From IMG/VR virus record IMGVR_UViG_2547132035_000002: a stretch of 64,000 bases of DNA; one strand, 5' to 3'. Position numbers and translations under genes: made by a program. The notes beneath the pieces are model-generated. The model saw only the letters and a program-made list of their open reading frames with translations. It did no database searches and was not told the origin of the DNA. This document shows, in pieces, positions 38,177-47,991 of this stretch (its first letter is position 1; each line of letters opens with the position of its first letter). The stretch is from a virus. Taxonomy: Duplodnaviria > Heunggongvirae > Uroviricota > Caudoviricetes.

Positions 38177-40153
38177 ATGCAAAAATATGAAAAATTATTA
38201 TTATCTGAATTAAGAATTGCTTTATATGACAACACAGAGGAGTTTTCTTTAACTCATGAACGTTTGACAAAAGCAGTGACATTAAATGAAAATCTGCTCT
38301 CTTTAGGTTATACATTAAATGCTAAAGATATTATTTTATTAGCTCAGTCGTTATCTCTAGATACCTTTTATCACTCTTTACTTTCCCTAATGGACGAAAT
38401 ACCAGCAAAGCCTATGTATCCTGATTTTCCAACTCAGGTTATGGAAATAGATGAAGCAACATATCGTATGCATCAGCTTGTTCATTATTTCTCCACTTAT
38501 GGAGTTGAATCATTGTTTCCTGTAGAAGTTGCTAAAGGTTGGCTTCCTAATGTTAAAGAAAGCATCAAAACAAGAGAAGATGATAAATTATTGGAGGCTA
38601 AGGTATTAGAATTAATTCCCCAAACAAACCAATATCAAACTCCTTTTATCCGTATTCTTTCTAAGAGAGAGAGAATGACAATCCCTGAAAAAGAAATGAT
38701 TTCAATGGCATGTATTCATATCCCAGAACATATCCTAAAAGATACTTCTATTCAGTTTAAGGAGAATTTATTGGAATTATCTTGGGTATTTTTCGAGACA
38801 ATGAAAAAAGAACAGTTTATAAAGGCAATGTCATCTATTTGTCAGCATACAGGGGATGTTCTAAGAGTCATATCATATGTATACAAAAGAAACCATTATC
38901 ATTTTACAAAGTCAAATAAAAAGATGTTTGTAAGGGTTTTAGAAAGTTTCCCTATTTCAGATTTCAAAGTCAATATTATGATTTCGAATAAGAAAAGAGA
39001 AGAGACTTTATTTGCACTACAGGCTCTTGATTATCAGGAGTATTCAAGAAGTCGAAAACATAATCAGGCTGTTAAGTCTTTAAGACAAAAGGAGCTTCAT
39101 TCCTGGTATTCTAAAGTTCATGACTTGCTTTCTATAAAAGATGAAAATGCTGTATCTTTTATTGGACAGCATCCAGGAACTCTACTGAGAATGGTTTCAT
39201 GGTTAGTGAGATTAGGATATTCTCCTGAAAAGATTCAGATGGAATTGATTCAGCATGTTGAAAGCTTAAGTATGCAGACATTGGTAAGCATTCTCACTCA
39301 TTTTGGTCAGGAGTTTGAAGGTGAAAAAGAGGAGGAAGCACGTGATGTTTATAATATCTGCCTTGCAGTCTTTGAAGCTAAAGCCACAACATTGAAAACA
39401 GCTTTGACTGGACGTTCGGTATATCTTGAAATGAATAATATCAGTCTTGAAAACTCCCTGATAGAAACGAACTCAAAATCTCAGGAGGGAGGCTATATTC
39501 GAAGCGGATTAGCATTGAAGATTCCAGATGCTGTGAAGAGATTGAGATTCTTTGTCTACTGGAATGATAAAAGACGAGTTGATATAGATTTACATGCATT
39601 TGCACGAAATCTTGAAGGGGAAGATATTCATATTGGGTGGAACAGTCACTATAAAAAAGAAGGAATTGTTATGTCAGGAGACATTACGCATAGCAATGCT
39701 GCAGAGTATATTGATGTTGATTTAGAAAATCAGTCACTTGATTTTGTAAATGCTTCTATTAATATCTTTAGTGGATATGATAATTTCAAAGATATTGATG
39801 AGTGTTTTGTTGGTATGCTAGCTGTTAACCAGTTGGGAGAAGATGTTAAACTGTATAATAAAAAGAATTGTTTCTTTTCTCATCATTTAAAGGGAGTTGG
39901 ACGTGCTATGAATTATGGCTATATAGATGTTAAGAGAAGGATTCTTATCTTTAATGGGTCACAAGATGAAGGAACTGGGAAGAAAAAAGTATCTCAATTT
40001 ACTCTTCAGACTTATTTAGAAGCTCTGCTTACAGGACAAGGGTGCATTTTGGTCAATAATAAAGAAGAGGCAGAAGTCATTCTAACTTTAGAAAAGGCTA
40101 AAGAGGTTAAAGAGGTATCATTACTGGATAATAACTTCTTTATGGAAGCATAA
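38177..40153 (+). CDS. large hypothetical protein with C-terminal TerD-like domain
   Basis: The C-terminal ~180 aa (VDIDLHAFARNLEGEDIHIGWNSHYKKEGIVMSGDITHSNAAEYIDVDL...) follow the TerD pattern DLDASxxx...FFNNxxSPDGAIxHSGDNLTGEGxGDDExIxVDL. Confidence 0.5.
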   Translation: MQKYEKLLLSELRIALYDNTEEFSLTHERLTKAVTLNENLLSLGYTLNAKDIILLAQSLSLDTFYHSLLSLMDEIPAKPMYPDFPTQVMEIDEATYRMHQLVHYFSTYGVESLFPVEVAKGWLPNVKESIKTREDDKLLEAKVLELIPQTNQYQTPFIRILSKRERMTIPEKEMISMACIHIPEHILKDTSIQFKENLLELSWVFFETMKKEQFIKAMSSICQHTGDVLRVISYVYKRNHYHFTKSNKKMFVRVLESFPISDFKVNIMISNKKREETLFALQALDYQEYSRSRKHNQAVKSLRQKELHSWYSKVHDLLSIKDENAVSFIGQHPGTLLRMVSWLVRLGYSPEKIQMELIQHVESLSMQTLVSILTHFGQEFEGEKEEEARDVYNICLAVFEAKATTLKTALTGRSVYLEMNNISLENSLIETNSKSQEGGYIRSGLALKIPDAVKRLRFFVYWNDKRRVDIDLHAFARNLEGEDIHIGWNSHYKKEGIVMSGDITHSNAAEYIDVDLENQSLDFVNASINIFSGYDNFKDIDECFVGMLAVNQLGEDVKLYNKKNCFFSHHLKGVGRAMNYGYIDVKRRILIFNGSQDEGTGKKKVSQFTLQTYLEALLTGQGCILVNNKEEAEVILTLEKAKEVKEVSLLDNNFFMEA

Positions 40154-40275
40154 TTATAGAATAATAAAAAGGGAGCCTATTTAGAAGTGAACTCAATTAT
40201 TTGGTTATCCAAATTTTGAGGCTCGTTTCATACTGACTCCCTATATTTCTTTTTATAATTTGCATTAAGCAATAT

Positions 40276-40995
40276 TTATAAGCTGTGATTGCTTTCGTTT
40301 ATGGCTGCCTTATAAATTGCACTTAAGGCATAGAAATTAACAATTTGTGAAGTTCGTGATGCTGGGTGATAATAATTAATAATGATTCTATCTTTCCAAA
40401 ATGCAAAGTATTTTTCATTAGGCTTTTCCCCAGTTAGTTCATTACCAAGGATTTTTTGAAGATATTTGAATGTGTTTCCACAGACAATAACATCAGGATT
40501 AATAATTTCTAATTCCTTTTTGAGATATTCAGCAGTTTGCTTATCTTCTACCAATTTCATCAGTTCCTCTGAATCCGAATGAGATAAACCATTGCTTTTC
40601 TTAATATTCACAAAGGCGATTTCACGAGTTCTCTTTTTACAATTTGTGTAAATTTCTTTGTAATTATACACGGGTATCTCTAAAAGTTCAGCTAATTTAA
40701 TGGCTTGAGTCCATGTAGATACTTTTTTCCACATATGTGTCGGACCATCCTTTTGAATACAATCTCTAATCCAATTAAGAACATGTTCCGGAGTATCATT
40801 ATTTTCATCATGATAGGCTTCTTTTAGAAAATAGCAAATCTTGACTCCTGTTTGATTCATCCAAGCCTTCTTATCAATAAATCCATCATTAATAAAATAT
40901 TTGAACTCATTCCCAAGGCGGTTTCTTTCATATTCCTGCCATTCTTCCATTAAAATATCTAGTTCATCGCTTTCCATAGTCAAACATCCTTTCAC
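40276..40995 (-). CDS. hypothetical protein (weak resemblance to UDG-superfamily C-terminal HPS motif)
   Basis: PDVIVCGNTF...IINYYHPASR; weak. Confidence 0.35.
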   Translation of the reverse strand: MKGCLTMESDELDILMEEWQEYERNRLGNEFKYFINDGFIDKKAWMNQTGVKICYFLKEAYHDENNDTPEHVLNWIRDCIQKDGPTHMWKKVSTWTQAIKLAELLEIPVYNYKEIYTNCKKRTREIAFVNIKKSNGLSHSDSEELMKLVEDKQTAEYLKKELEIINPDVIVCGNTFKYLQKILGNELTGEKPNEKYFAFWKDRIIINYYHPASRTSQIVNFYALSAIYKAAINESNHSL

Positions 40996-41065
40996 ATAAA
41001 TTATAGCATAAAGAAAAGATGAATATGATATAATTAATGGTATAGAAAGTCATAAATATACTGAG

Positions 41066-41632
41066 GTGATAAAGGTGATAATAGCATTTACTGGCGCAGG
41101 TATTTCTCAAGAATCTGGTATACCAACCTTTGAAAATCAGAAAGGCTTGAGAAATAAACTGACAAGAGAATATGCCAATAGTTTTCCTGATGAATATAAT
41201 GAAGTTATCCAACAATTAAAGGCGAATGTGAATGAAGCAAAGCCCAATGATGCTCATATAGCTCTGGCTGAGTATAAAATTCCTATTATAACAATGAATA
41301 TTGATGGCTTACATAAGGATGCTGGAAGTGATGCCCTAGAATTACATGGAACACTTCCAGATGAAGAAGAATTAGATAATGCATCATTACTTGTAGATAA
41401 ACCTATTCTTTATGGGGATATTGCACCAAACTACAACAAGGCGATACAAATGGTTTCACAACTAGGTAAAGGAGATACATTATTGGTAGTAGGAGCATCA
41501 GATTATACGGGAATCAGTAGGGAACTAAAAGAAATAGCCTATATAAATGGTGCCCAAATTATTGAGATTCAAGAGCAGTCTGCAACAAATGTAAGAAAGT
41601 ACCTGGATAATCAATTCATTCAGAATAAATAA
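41066..41632 (+). CDS. Sir2-family protein (short, lacking the zinc-ribbon Cys)
   Basis: FTGAGISQESGIPTFENQKG, MNIDGLH, LELHGT and LLVVGASD are Sir2 motifs; there are no CxxC pairs in the small domain. Confidence 0.7.
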   Translation: MIKVIIAFTGAGISQESGIPTFENQKGLRNKLTREYANSFPDEYNEVIQQLKANVNEAKPNDAHIALAEYKIPIITMNIDGLHKDAGSDALELHGTLPDEEELDNASLLVDKPILYGDIAPNYNKAIQMVSQLGKGDTLLVVGASDYTGISRELKEIAYINGAQIIEIQEQSATNVRKYLDNQFIQNK

Positions 41633-41747
41633 TTTGCTGATAATGTAAAAAGAAGATATATATAATTTTCCATGAGCACTAAAAATACAATATGCATTTC
41701 TTAGAGGTTAAAAAAAACATTACAAATTTCTAAATGTGATATAATAA

Positions 41748-41987
41748 AAGGGAGCTTTCGCTCCCATGCCTATTTTGGCTCATGTCTCCAAAATTCTGAG
41801 ACAACGTTAATAGTCACATCTACAATCAGGGTAAAGATAATTGTGTTTATGAGTGACATGTTTTTTGTTGCCAGGCATTCTATGACATCTACAAAAACGA
41901 TGAATAGGATACTTGGCAAGCATTTTTTTAAGGCAGGTTTTATCCTGCAAGCCAAAGGCAATTTCACCTCTACGCAGAGTAATCACT
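41748..41987 (-). repeat. repeat element copy 1 (full length) encoding a small Cys/His-rich protein; a second, shorter copy lies at 54281-54448
   Basis: Near-identical blocks are shared with 54281-54448; both start at a gggagc-ttt-gctccc hairpin. Confidence 0.6.
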
Positions 41988-42031
41988 TGTCTGCGTAGTT
42001 TTATTTTGTCATAAATATAAAATAGATTCAA
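41807..42031 (-). CDS. small Cys/His-rich protein encoded by the repeat element
   Basis: 74 aa, ...ITLRRGEIAFGLQDKTCLKKMLAKYPIHRFCRCHRMPGNKKHVTHKHNYLYPDCRCDY; a terminator hairpin plus T-run follows on the minus strand. Confidence 0.4.
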   Translation of the reverse strand: MNLFYIYDKIKLRRQVITLRRGEIAFGLQDKTCLKKMLAKYPIHRFCRCHRMPGNKKHVTHKHNYLYPDCRCDY

Positions 42032-42169
42032 GTATAACTTGAATTATAAAAATAAGAATAAACCTGTTGATAAAATTAAATATGTTTTTAATCATGATAT
42101 ACTATTTATAGTAATATATAACGAAGTGGCTATTTTTCAAGGAAAGATAGTCTTTTTTAGGAGGAAGAT

Positions 42170-42346
42170 ATGAAAGCTATACATTCAAATTATAAAGCTA
42201 AAACTTACGATATTTATTCTGCCACTTACAAATTTTCAGAAGATGGAAAATTAATCATAGACAGTAAATGGGAATTTTCAGATACATTAAATTTTCAAAA
42301 TTGGGAAGATGTTTGGAAAAATAATTTTTTTTATAATTCAAGATGA
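42170..42346 (+). CDS. hypothetical protein (possible upstream part of a frameshifted gene)
   Basis: ATG with RBS taggagga; 58 codons ending just after a T9 tract. Confidence 0.35.
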   Translation: MKAIHSNYKAKTYDIYSATYKFSEDGKLIIDSKWEFSDTLNFQNWEDVWKNNFFYNSR

Positions 42347-42716
42347 TTATTTCATGTGTACAAAGGGAACAGTTTTCCTTTTTGCTGAATATAATACAAA
42401 AACTTATATTAATCTTCAAAAACTCTATGATAATTACCGCAATGAAAGACTTGAATTTTACAAACGCAAATACAAAAGTTGTCCTCATATTGGACATAAC
42501 CATTATAAACACTATAGAACCCCTTACACTACACATAGTTTAAAGAACATAGTTTCAAAAGAGGAGAGAAGAGAATATAAGGAGAATTATCCAAATACAA
42601 AATTATCTTTAAAAAACGGTAGAATAAAAAACCTGCCAACATCATGGGATGACATATCAAGACAATATAGCAGAAGCTGGAAAGATTGTACTAAGAAAAA
42701 ACATAGATACGAATGA
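42309..42716 (+). CDS. hypothetical basic protein (possible downstream part of a frameshifted gene)
   Basis: 135-aa ORF in the -1 frame relative to 42170..42346, overlapping at the T_TTT_TTT heptamer. Confidence 0.4.
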   Translation: MFGKIIFFIIQDDYFMCTKGTVFLFAEYNTKTYINLQKLYDNYRNERLEFYKRKYKSCPHIGHNHYKHYRTPYTTHSLKNIVSKEERREYKENYPNTKLSLKNGRIKNLPTSWDDISRQYSRSWKDCTKKKHRYE

Positions 42717-42829
42717 GTAGCATTGCTGCTCTTTTTTGTTTTAACACCGAAAAAAGGGTTTTATTATTACAGATAATAAATCACATTATCTGTAAAGAAT
42801 ATATAATGGAATTGTAAGGAGGGTGACAT

Positions 42830-44080
42830 ATGGAAAGATGGATAATCCATAGTGATATTAATCATTGCTATGCTCAGATTGAAGAAATGATGTATCCAGA
42901 ATTAAGAAATGTTCCAATGGCTATTGGAGGTCATGAAGAGGACAGGCATGGAATTATTCTTGCAAAAAATGATTTGGCTAAAAAGTATCATATTAAAACT
43001 GGTGAATCACTGAGAGACGCTTTTCAGAAATGCCCAGAACTGTTAATTGTTCCTCCGCATTATGATGACTATTTATTCTATACAGAGGAAGTCAAAAGAA
43101 TTTATCGAGAATATAGTGATAAGGTTGAAAGTTTTGGCTTGGATGAAGCCTGGATTGATATTACAGGAACCGAAAAACTTTTTCATAAGACTGCTATGGA
43201 ATTAGCCGAGGAGATTCAAAGAAGAGTGTTTAAAGAACTTGGGTTGACAGTATCGATGGGGTTAAGCTTTAATAAGGTTTTTGCAAAATTAGGAAGTGAC
43301 TTAGATAAGAAACAAGGGCTTGCAGTGATAACACGAGATAATTTTAAAGATATGGTTTTTCCATTACCCGTTGCAGATATTCTTTATATAGGAAAAGCAA
43401 CATCATCACAATTGAATGAAAGAAATATCTATACATTAGGAGATTTAGCATTATCATCTAAAGAATATATCAAGAGTTTTCTGGGGAAGAATGGTGAAAT
43501 GGTATGGCTGTTTGCAAATGGCTATGACACTCTCTCAGTCAATTCAAGTCAGCAAGTGATAAAGAGTGTAGGGAATGGCATAACAGCAAAACATGATATA
43601 CATACTATTGAGGAAGCAAAGATAGTCCTGTCAATGCTTGCAGAAAGTGTTGCTAAACGATTGCGACAATCAAATAAGCTAGGGTCTGTTATATCCATTG
43701 GTATGAGGTATAAGGATTTACAGGGATTAAGCAGGCAAAAGCGAGTAGATACTCCTACAAACATAGCACAGGAAATCTTGGATATGGTAATGATTCTTCT
43801 TAGGGATAATTGGAATATGGCTATTCCTTTAAGAAGTCTTTCAATATCTGTCAGCAGCCTTGTTGAGAAGGAAACTTATGCGTATCAAATGAGTCTATTT
43901 AATACTGCTAATGAAGAGGACCGTTATGAACAGTTGCATTTAGAGGAGGTTATTCAGGAAATTAAAGAGAGGTGGGGAGAAAAAAGCATAAAATATGGTC
44001 ATAGTCTACTAGATGAGGAGCTTTCTGATTTTTCAACACAGTTAGGAATGGATATTCATCCACCAGGTTTTTTAAGATGA
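42830..44080 (+). CDS. Y-family DNA polymerase (DinB/UmuC-like)
   Basis: IIHSDINHCYAQIE, GLDEAWIDITG and SMGLSFNKVFAKLGSD correspond to Y-family motifs I-III. Confidence 0.7.
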   Translation: MERWIIHSDINHCYAQIEEMMYPELRNVPMAIGGHEEDRHGIILAKNDLAKKYHIKTGESLRDAFQKCPELLIVPPHYDDYLFYTEEVKRIYREYSDKVESFGLDEAWIDITGTEKLFHKTAMELAEEIQRRVFKELGLTVSMGLSFNKVFAKLGSDLDKKQGLAVITRDNFKDMVFPLPVADILYIGKATSSQLNERNIYTLGDLALSSKEYIKSFLGKNGEMVWLFANGYDTLSVNSSQQVIKSVGNGITAKHDIHTIEEAKIVLSMLAESVAKRLRQSNKLGSVISIGMRYKDLQGLSRQKRVDTPTNIAQEILDMVMILLRDNWNMAIPLRSLSISVSSLVEKETYAYQMSLFNTANEEDRYEQLHLEEVIQEIKERWGEKSIKYGHSLLDEELSDFSTQLGMDIHPPGFLR

Positions 44081-44113
44081 AATAATTTATCTAAGTAAAT
44101 AAAATTCATATTA

Positions 44114-44142
44114 TTGACTAAAATCTAATTATATGTTATAAT
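44114..44142 (+). promoter_or_regulatory. conserved-family promoter (TTGACTA-N7-ATTATATGTTATAAT)
   Basis: ttgact a aaatcta attatatgt tataat. Confidence 0.5.
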
Positions 44143-44186
44143 TGTGGTTGTAAAGAAATACTTGAGATAGGGGGATTGATAGAAAT

Positions 44187-45089
44187 ATGGCAAAAAAACA
44201 AATGGTATTAAATGAAATGAAAAAGAAAATGAACTGGCTTAAAGAAAATACTGATTATCATGTTGCATTTATGTGTTTACAAGGTTCCCAGAATTATGGT
44301 TTTGACGAATATACTGACGACTATAGCAGTGATTTTGATGTTAAGTGCTTTATTATCCCAACGCTTAAAGACTTACTTGAAAGACCAAATATGATTTCTA
44401 AAGAACTTGTCATGAATGATAAGAGTCATATTGAAGTGAAAGATATTAGATTATTAGGAAATCTTCTTTATAAGATGAATCCAACATATCTGGAGTTATT
44501 ATATACCCCATATTTCTATGTAAATAAGGAATACCAACGTGTTAGAACTTTATTATTTTTAAAATCTTTGAAGGAAATGAGAGACGATATCTCAAATCGG
44601 GATGTAAAAAGATTTGTTAAGTCAATGCAGGGATTTATTTATGAAAAAAGAAAGGGGCTTGAAAAGAGAACAGATTCTGGACAAGAAATTTTTGATATTT
44701 ATAAATATAACCCAAAGCAGTTGCATCATCTTGCACGTTTATCTGAAATGGTCTCAGAAGTTGCTAGATTAGATGGAAAAGTAAACTTTGAATCACTTAT
44801 GAATCTTGATTTTCTATCAATAAAAGAGAAAAATAAGATTAAGAAATATAAAACAGCACCAATAGAGTATTCAGAAGCAATTTATTTGGCTGATACATAT
44901 GTGAAAAAAGCCGAATGTGAAATAAACAAGTTACTGGAGAATAATTCTCTCACAGTTAATGATATAACGTTGGATAAACTTAATTCTCTTTTTGAGGATT
45001 ATGTTTCAGATTGTGTAAAAATAGATGTTATCAAGAGCATTCAAAAAACAAATCAAGAAAAGAAAGGAGCCAAAGCAGATTCTATATAG
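44187..45089 (+). CDS. putative Pol-beta-superfamily nucleotidyltransferase
   Basis: GSQNYGFDEYTDDYSSDFDV fits GSx9-13DxD. Confidence 0.4.
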   Translation: MAKKQMVLNEMKKKMNWLKENTDYHVAFMCLQGSQNYGFDEYTDDYSSDFDVKCFIIPTLKDLLERPNMISKELVMNDKSHIEVKDIRLLGNLLYKMNPTYLELLYTPYFYVNKEYQRVRTLLFLKSLKEMRDDISNRDVKRFVKSMQGFIYEKRKGLEKRTDSGQEIFDIYKYNPKQLHHLARLSEMVSEVARLDGKVNFESLMNLDFLSIKEKNKIKKYKTAPIEYSEAIYLADTYVKKAECEINKLLENNSLTVNDITLDKLNSLFEDYVSDCVKIDVIKSIQKTNQEKKGAKADSI

Positions 45090-45146
45090 ATATTATACTT
45101 TTAAGTGTCGTGCTAAGCCTGACACTTTTTTTATGGAGGTTATTTG

Positions 45147-45676
45147 ATTTGAAACTAGAAACATACCTGAAAAGTATTGAAGAAGAAATTCTTATAAGAA
45201 ACCATCAATTGAATTATGGAAGTATTCGGCATCTATTTGTAGTGGGTGATGATTTTAAAAAGATTTTGAAAAGCCTAAAGAAAATGAATGTTTTACCAAT
45301 GGAGAAAGAAAAGGCAAAGGCTTCTTTATATTATAGTGATAACTTTTCTCTTTTAAGAAACAAGAATCAAGGTGAATCTTTTTGTTTAGATATTCTGATA
45401 GATGAGTATGGCTTTTGTGAATTTGCTGTTTTCACTCCCTATCTAAGTTATTTGGCTAACTATAATCCTTTATTTGGAACTATGGGAAAAATAGAATTAA
45501 AATGTTTCTTAGGGAATAGTACAGGGGTATATTCCATACTTGATTTGCAGGAGAAGAAATTCCTATTTTGTTATGAGGAAGATTCATTATATGAAATGTT
45601 TTATCATTTTGATTTATATATAAAGACAAAAGAAAGAGATAATCAGATAAAGATATTAGATTTTTCGATGAAGTAA
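45147..45676 (+). CDS. hypothetical protein (probable TTG start with RBS tggagg)
   Basis: ORF frame 45011..45676; the first 130 nt overlap the upstream gene and lack an RBS. Confidence 0.35.
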
Positions 45677-45708
45677 AATTTGGGCAAACGTCCAGGAGTG
45701 AGAAAGGA

Positions 45709-46200
45709 GTGAAAATTGATTTACGAGATATCTTCCCAAATGAGACTACAGATTTTACACCATGGCTGGCTAAAAATAATCTTATTCCAGATATAGCTAA
45801 AACCCTCAACATCTTTGATAATCCTATTTCTCTTTTTAAAACAGAAGCCACAATAGGTGAGTATAGAATAGATATGATATACAAAGAGAAAGAGGGAGAA
45901 GGAGGGCTGATTGTAGAGAATCAGTATGAAAACAGTGACTCTAAGCACCTTGGACAAGTTCTTATCTATTCTCAACTTACAAATATTTCAAACATTTTAT
46001 GGATTTGTGAAAGTGTTAAAATAGAACATAGGAGAGTATCCGATATGTTAAAGACAACATCTATTATTCCAATTGCAATAGAATTTCATCAGATAGATGA
46101 AGGGTATATTATGAATGTCCATGCATATAAAAAAGACACTCCTTCCATAATCTCCTATAAGCTTGATAAAGATTTGAAGGTAGAATATAGGAAGATATAA
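45709..46200 (+). CDS. hypothetical protein (possible PD-(D/E)xK-like fold)
   Basis: LIVENQYENSDSKHLGQVLIY; weak. Confidence 0.35.
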   Translation: MKIDLRDIFPNETTDFTPWLAKNNLIPDIAKTLNIFDNPISLFKTEATIGEYRIDMIYKEKEGEGGLIVENQYENSDSKHLGQVLIYSQLTNISNILWICESVKIEHRRVSDMLKTTSIIPIAIEFHQIDEGYIMNVHAYKKDTPSIISYKLDKDLKVEYRKI

Positions 46201-46254
46201 TTTATAAAATAATGCACAAAAAAACTGTAGCAAATGCTACAGAATTTTGAATTC

Positions 46255-46779
46255 CTACTCTACGGGAATAGTATCAGTTACATCTTGAGATTGTAAACCA
46301 GAAGTTAAATCTTCTGCCATGCGGTCAAGAAAATGATTAAGGTCTGCTTCAGACTCAATAGTGAAATCATCATCAAAAAGAGGTGATTTTAAAAGTTGAG
46401 AATGAGCCTGATGTTCAGCTGAATCAACAACAGATAAAACATCCTCAGGACTTTTAATCTTAGCAAAAGCAGTTCTTAAAGCAGTTGCAGTTACACTATC
46501 AACATCTTTTTGCTGAGCATGAGCAAACTGTGCTTGAGCAGCTAATAAAGTTGATTTCGCTTTCAATAATTCTGCACTAATTTTTGCTTGCTCTGTTTTT
46601 CTTTTAACAGTTAGCTCCTTATAGCTAAAAAAGGCAGTACAAATTCCAACAATAACTAGTACAATTATAAAGAATATAAATGCAAGCGCAATAAAAGGTA
46701 TAAATCTTTGAGTATTAGCTATCATTTCTGATGTTTTTTCATACTCTGAATAAACTGATAATAAAATAAATTGTTCCAT
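46255..46779 (-). CDS. membrane-anchored hypothetical protein
   Basis: Single TM helix then a coiled-coil-like region. Confidence 0.45.
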   Translation of the reverse strand: MEQFILLSVYSEYEKTSEMIANTQRFIPFIALAFIFFIIVLVIVGICTAFFSYKELTVKRKTEQAKISAELLKAKSTLLAAQAQFAHAQQKDVDSVTATALRTAFAKIKSPEDVLSVVDSAEHQAHSQLLKSPLFDDDFTIESEADLNHFLDRMAEDLTSGLQSQDVTDTIPVE

Positions 46780-46981
46780 AAAATTTTTCTCCCTTCTGCC
46801 TAGATTTATGGATAACTAGGACTTACGTTTTGAAAGTAATTATAATAATTAAATTCGTATTAAAAAGACACTTATATTATATCACAATTTGTATAAATGC
46901 TAAAAAATTATAATTATAGTTTGTATAATATAGAAATGTGATTATAGTGATATAATAAAAAGGAAATGAGAGAGGTGACAA

Positions 46982-47677
46982 ATGATAAGAGGATTAAAAC
47001 TAAAGATAAAATCATTCATTTTATGGGGATTATTTAATTATAAAAAAATAGCAAAAATGCTAATGTCTGTTTTCATGTGCTTCGCTTTGCTATTGGTTAT
47101 AGGAGTGCTAAAAGATAATTATAGGCAGCGGACTCAAATTCAGGCTAAAGTAGAATCGCTATTTATAGCATGGAATAATAAAAACGTTGAAGAAATTGCA
47201 GAGATTTCTCAAACCGCTCCAGAAAGGTTTATTATTGAGACAGGATTTGAAAATAATCAGGATATTCACAATATAATAGAAGAACATATATACGGGAATG
47301 TTTCTTATCAAATACAGACAATGACAGTTGATAACTGGTCAAGTCATATTCCTTATTCCAAAGCAAAGATAACTGTAACGACATATAATAATTTAGAGAT
47401 ATTAGATAAGATTATCGAGCAGCTTGTGAACGATGATACACAGATAGATATAAATTATAATCATGAGGAATTTTTAACTCGTAATATTGAAAAGATTAAA
47501 TCCGCAGTCCATACAATAAAAAGAAATTATCAGAAAACATTTATTGTTGAGTTTTATTATGATGATAAGAAACAGCAATGGTTTATACCTTTTGATGAAA
47601 ATGAGGAATTTTATAATGCAGTGAGTGGAAATATGATTGATTTTAATGAGAATGTAGATACGAATGTCAATATATAG
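46982..47677 (+). CDS. membrane-anchored hypothetical protein
   Basis: N-terminal TM segment; two hairpins at 47688-47750 follow. Confidence 0.45.
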   Translation: MIRGLKLKIKSFILWGLFNYKKIAKMLMSVFMCFALLLVIGVLKDNYRQRTQIQAKVESLFIAWNNKNVEEIAEISQTAPERFIIETGFENNQDIHNIIEEHIYGNVSYQIQTMTVDNWSSHIPYSKAKITVTTYNNLEILDKIIEQLVNDDTQIDINYNHEEFLTRNIEKIKSAVHTIKRNYQKTFIVEFYYDDKKQQWFIPFDENEEFYNAVSGNMIDFNENVDTNVNI

Positions 47678-47991
47678 ATATAAAAAAGGGCCCCTAGATG
47701 AGGGGCTTCGGACGAGACATATTATATGCTGTCTCTTAAAATCAATTACTTTCAAAGTCAAATTAATGACATGATATACAAACTTGTTAGGGAGATAACT
47801 CATTTGTATAGGTCTTGTGATTGGATATAAACTCTAGTAGGATAAAATAAGCTGATATGTTATTTCTATCCTCAATAAAAGGGAGGGAAAGTCAATATGA
47901 ATCACAAAAAAACAATTCGTACTAAAGGTACATATTTATTATATCATAAAATGACAAATATAGAATTTTGTTAGATAGTGGAGGGGAAGTT

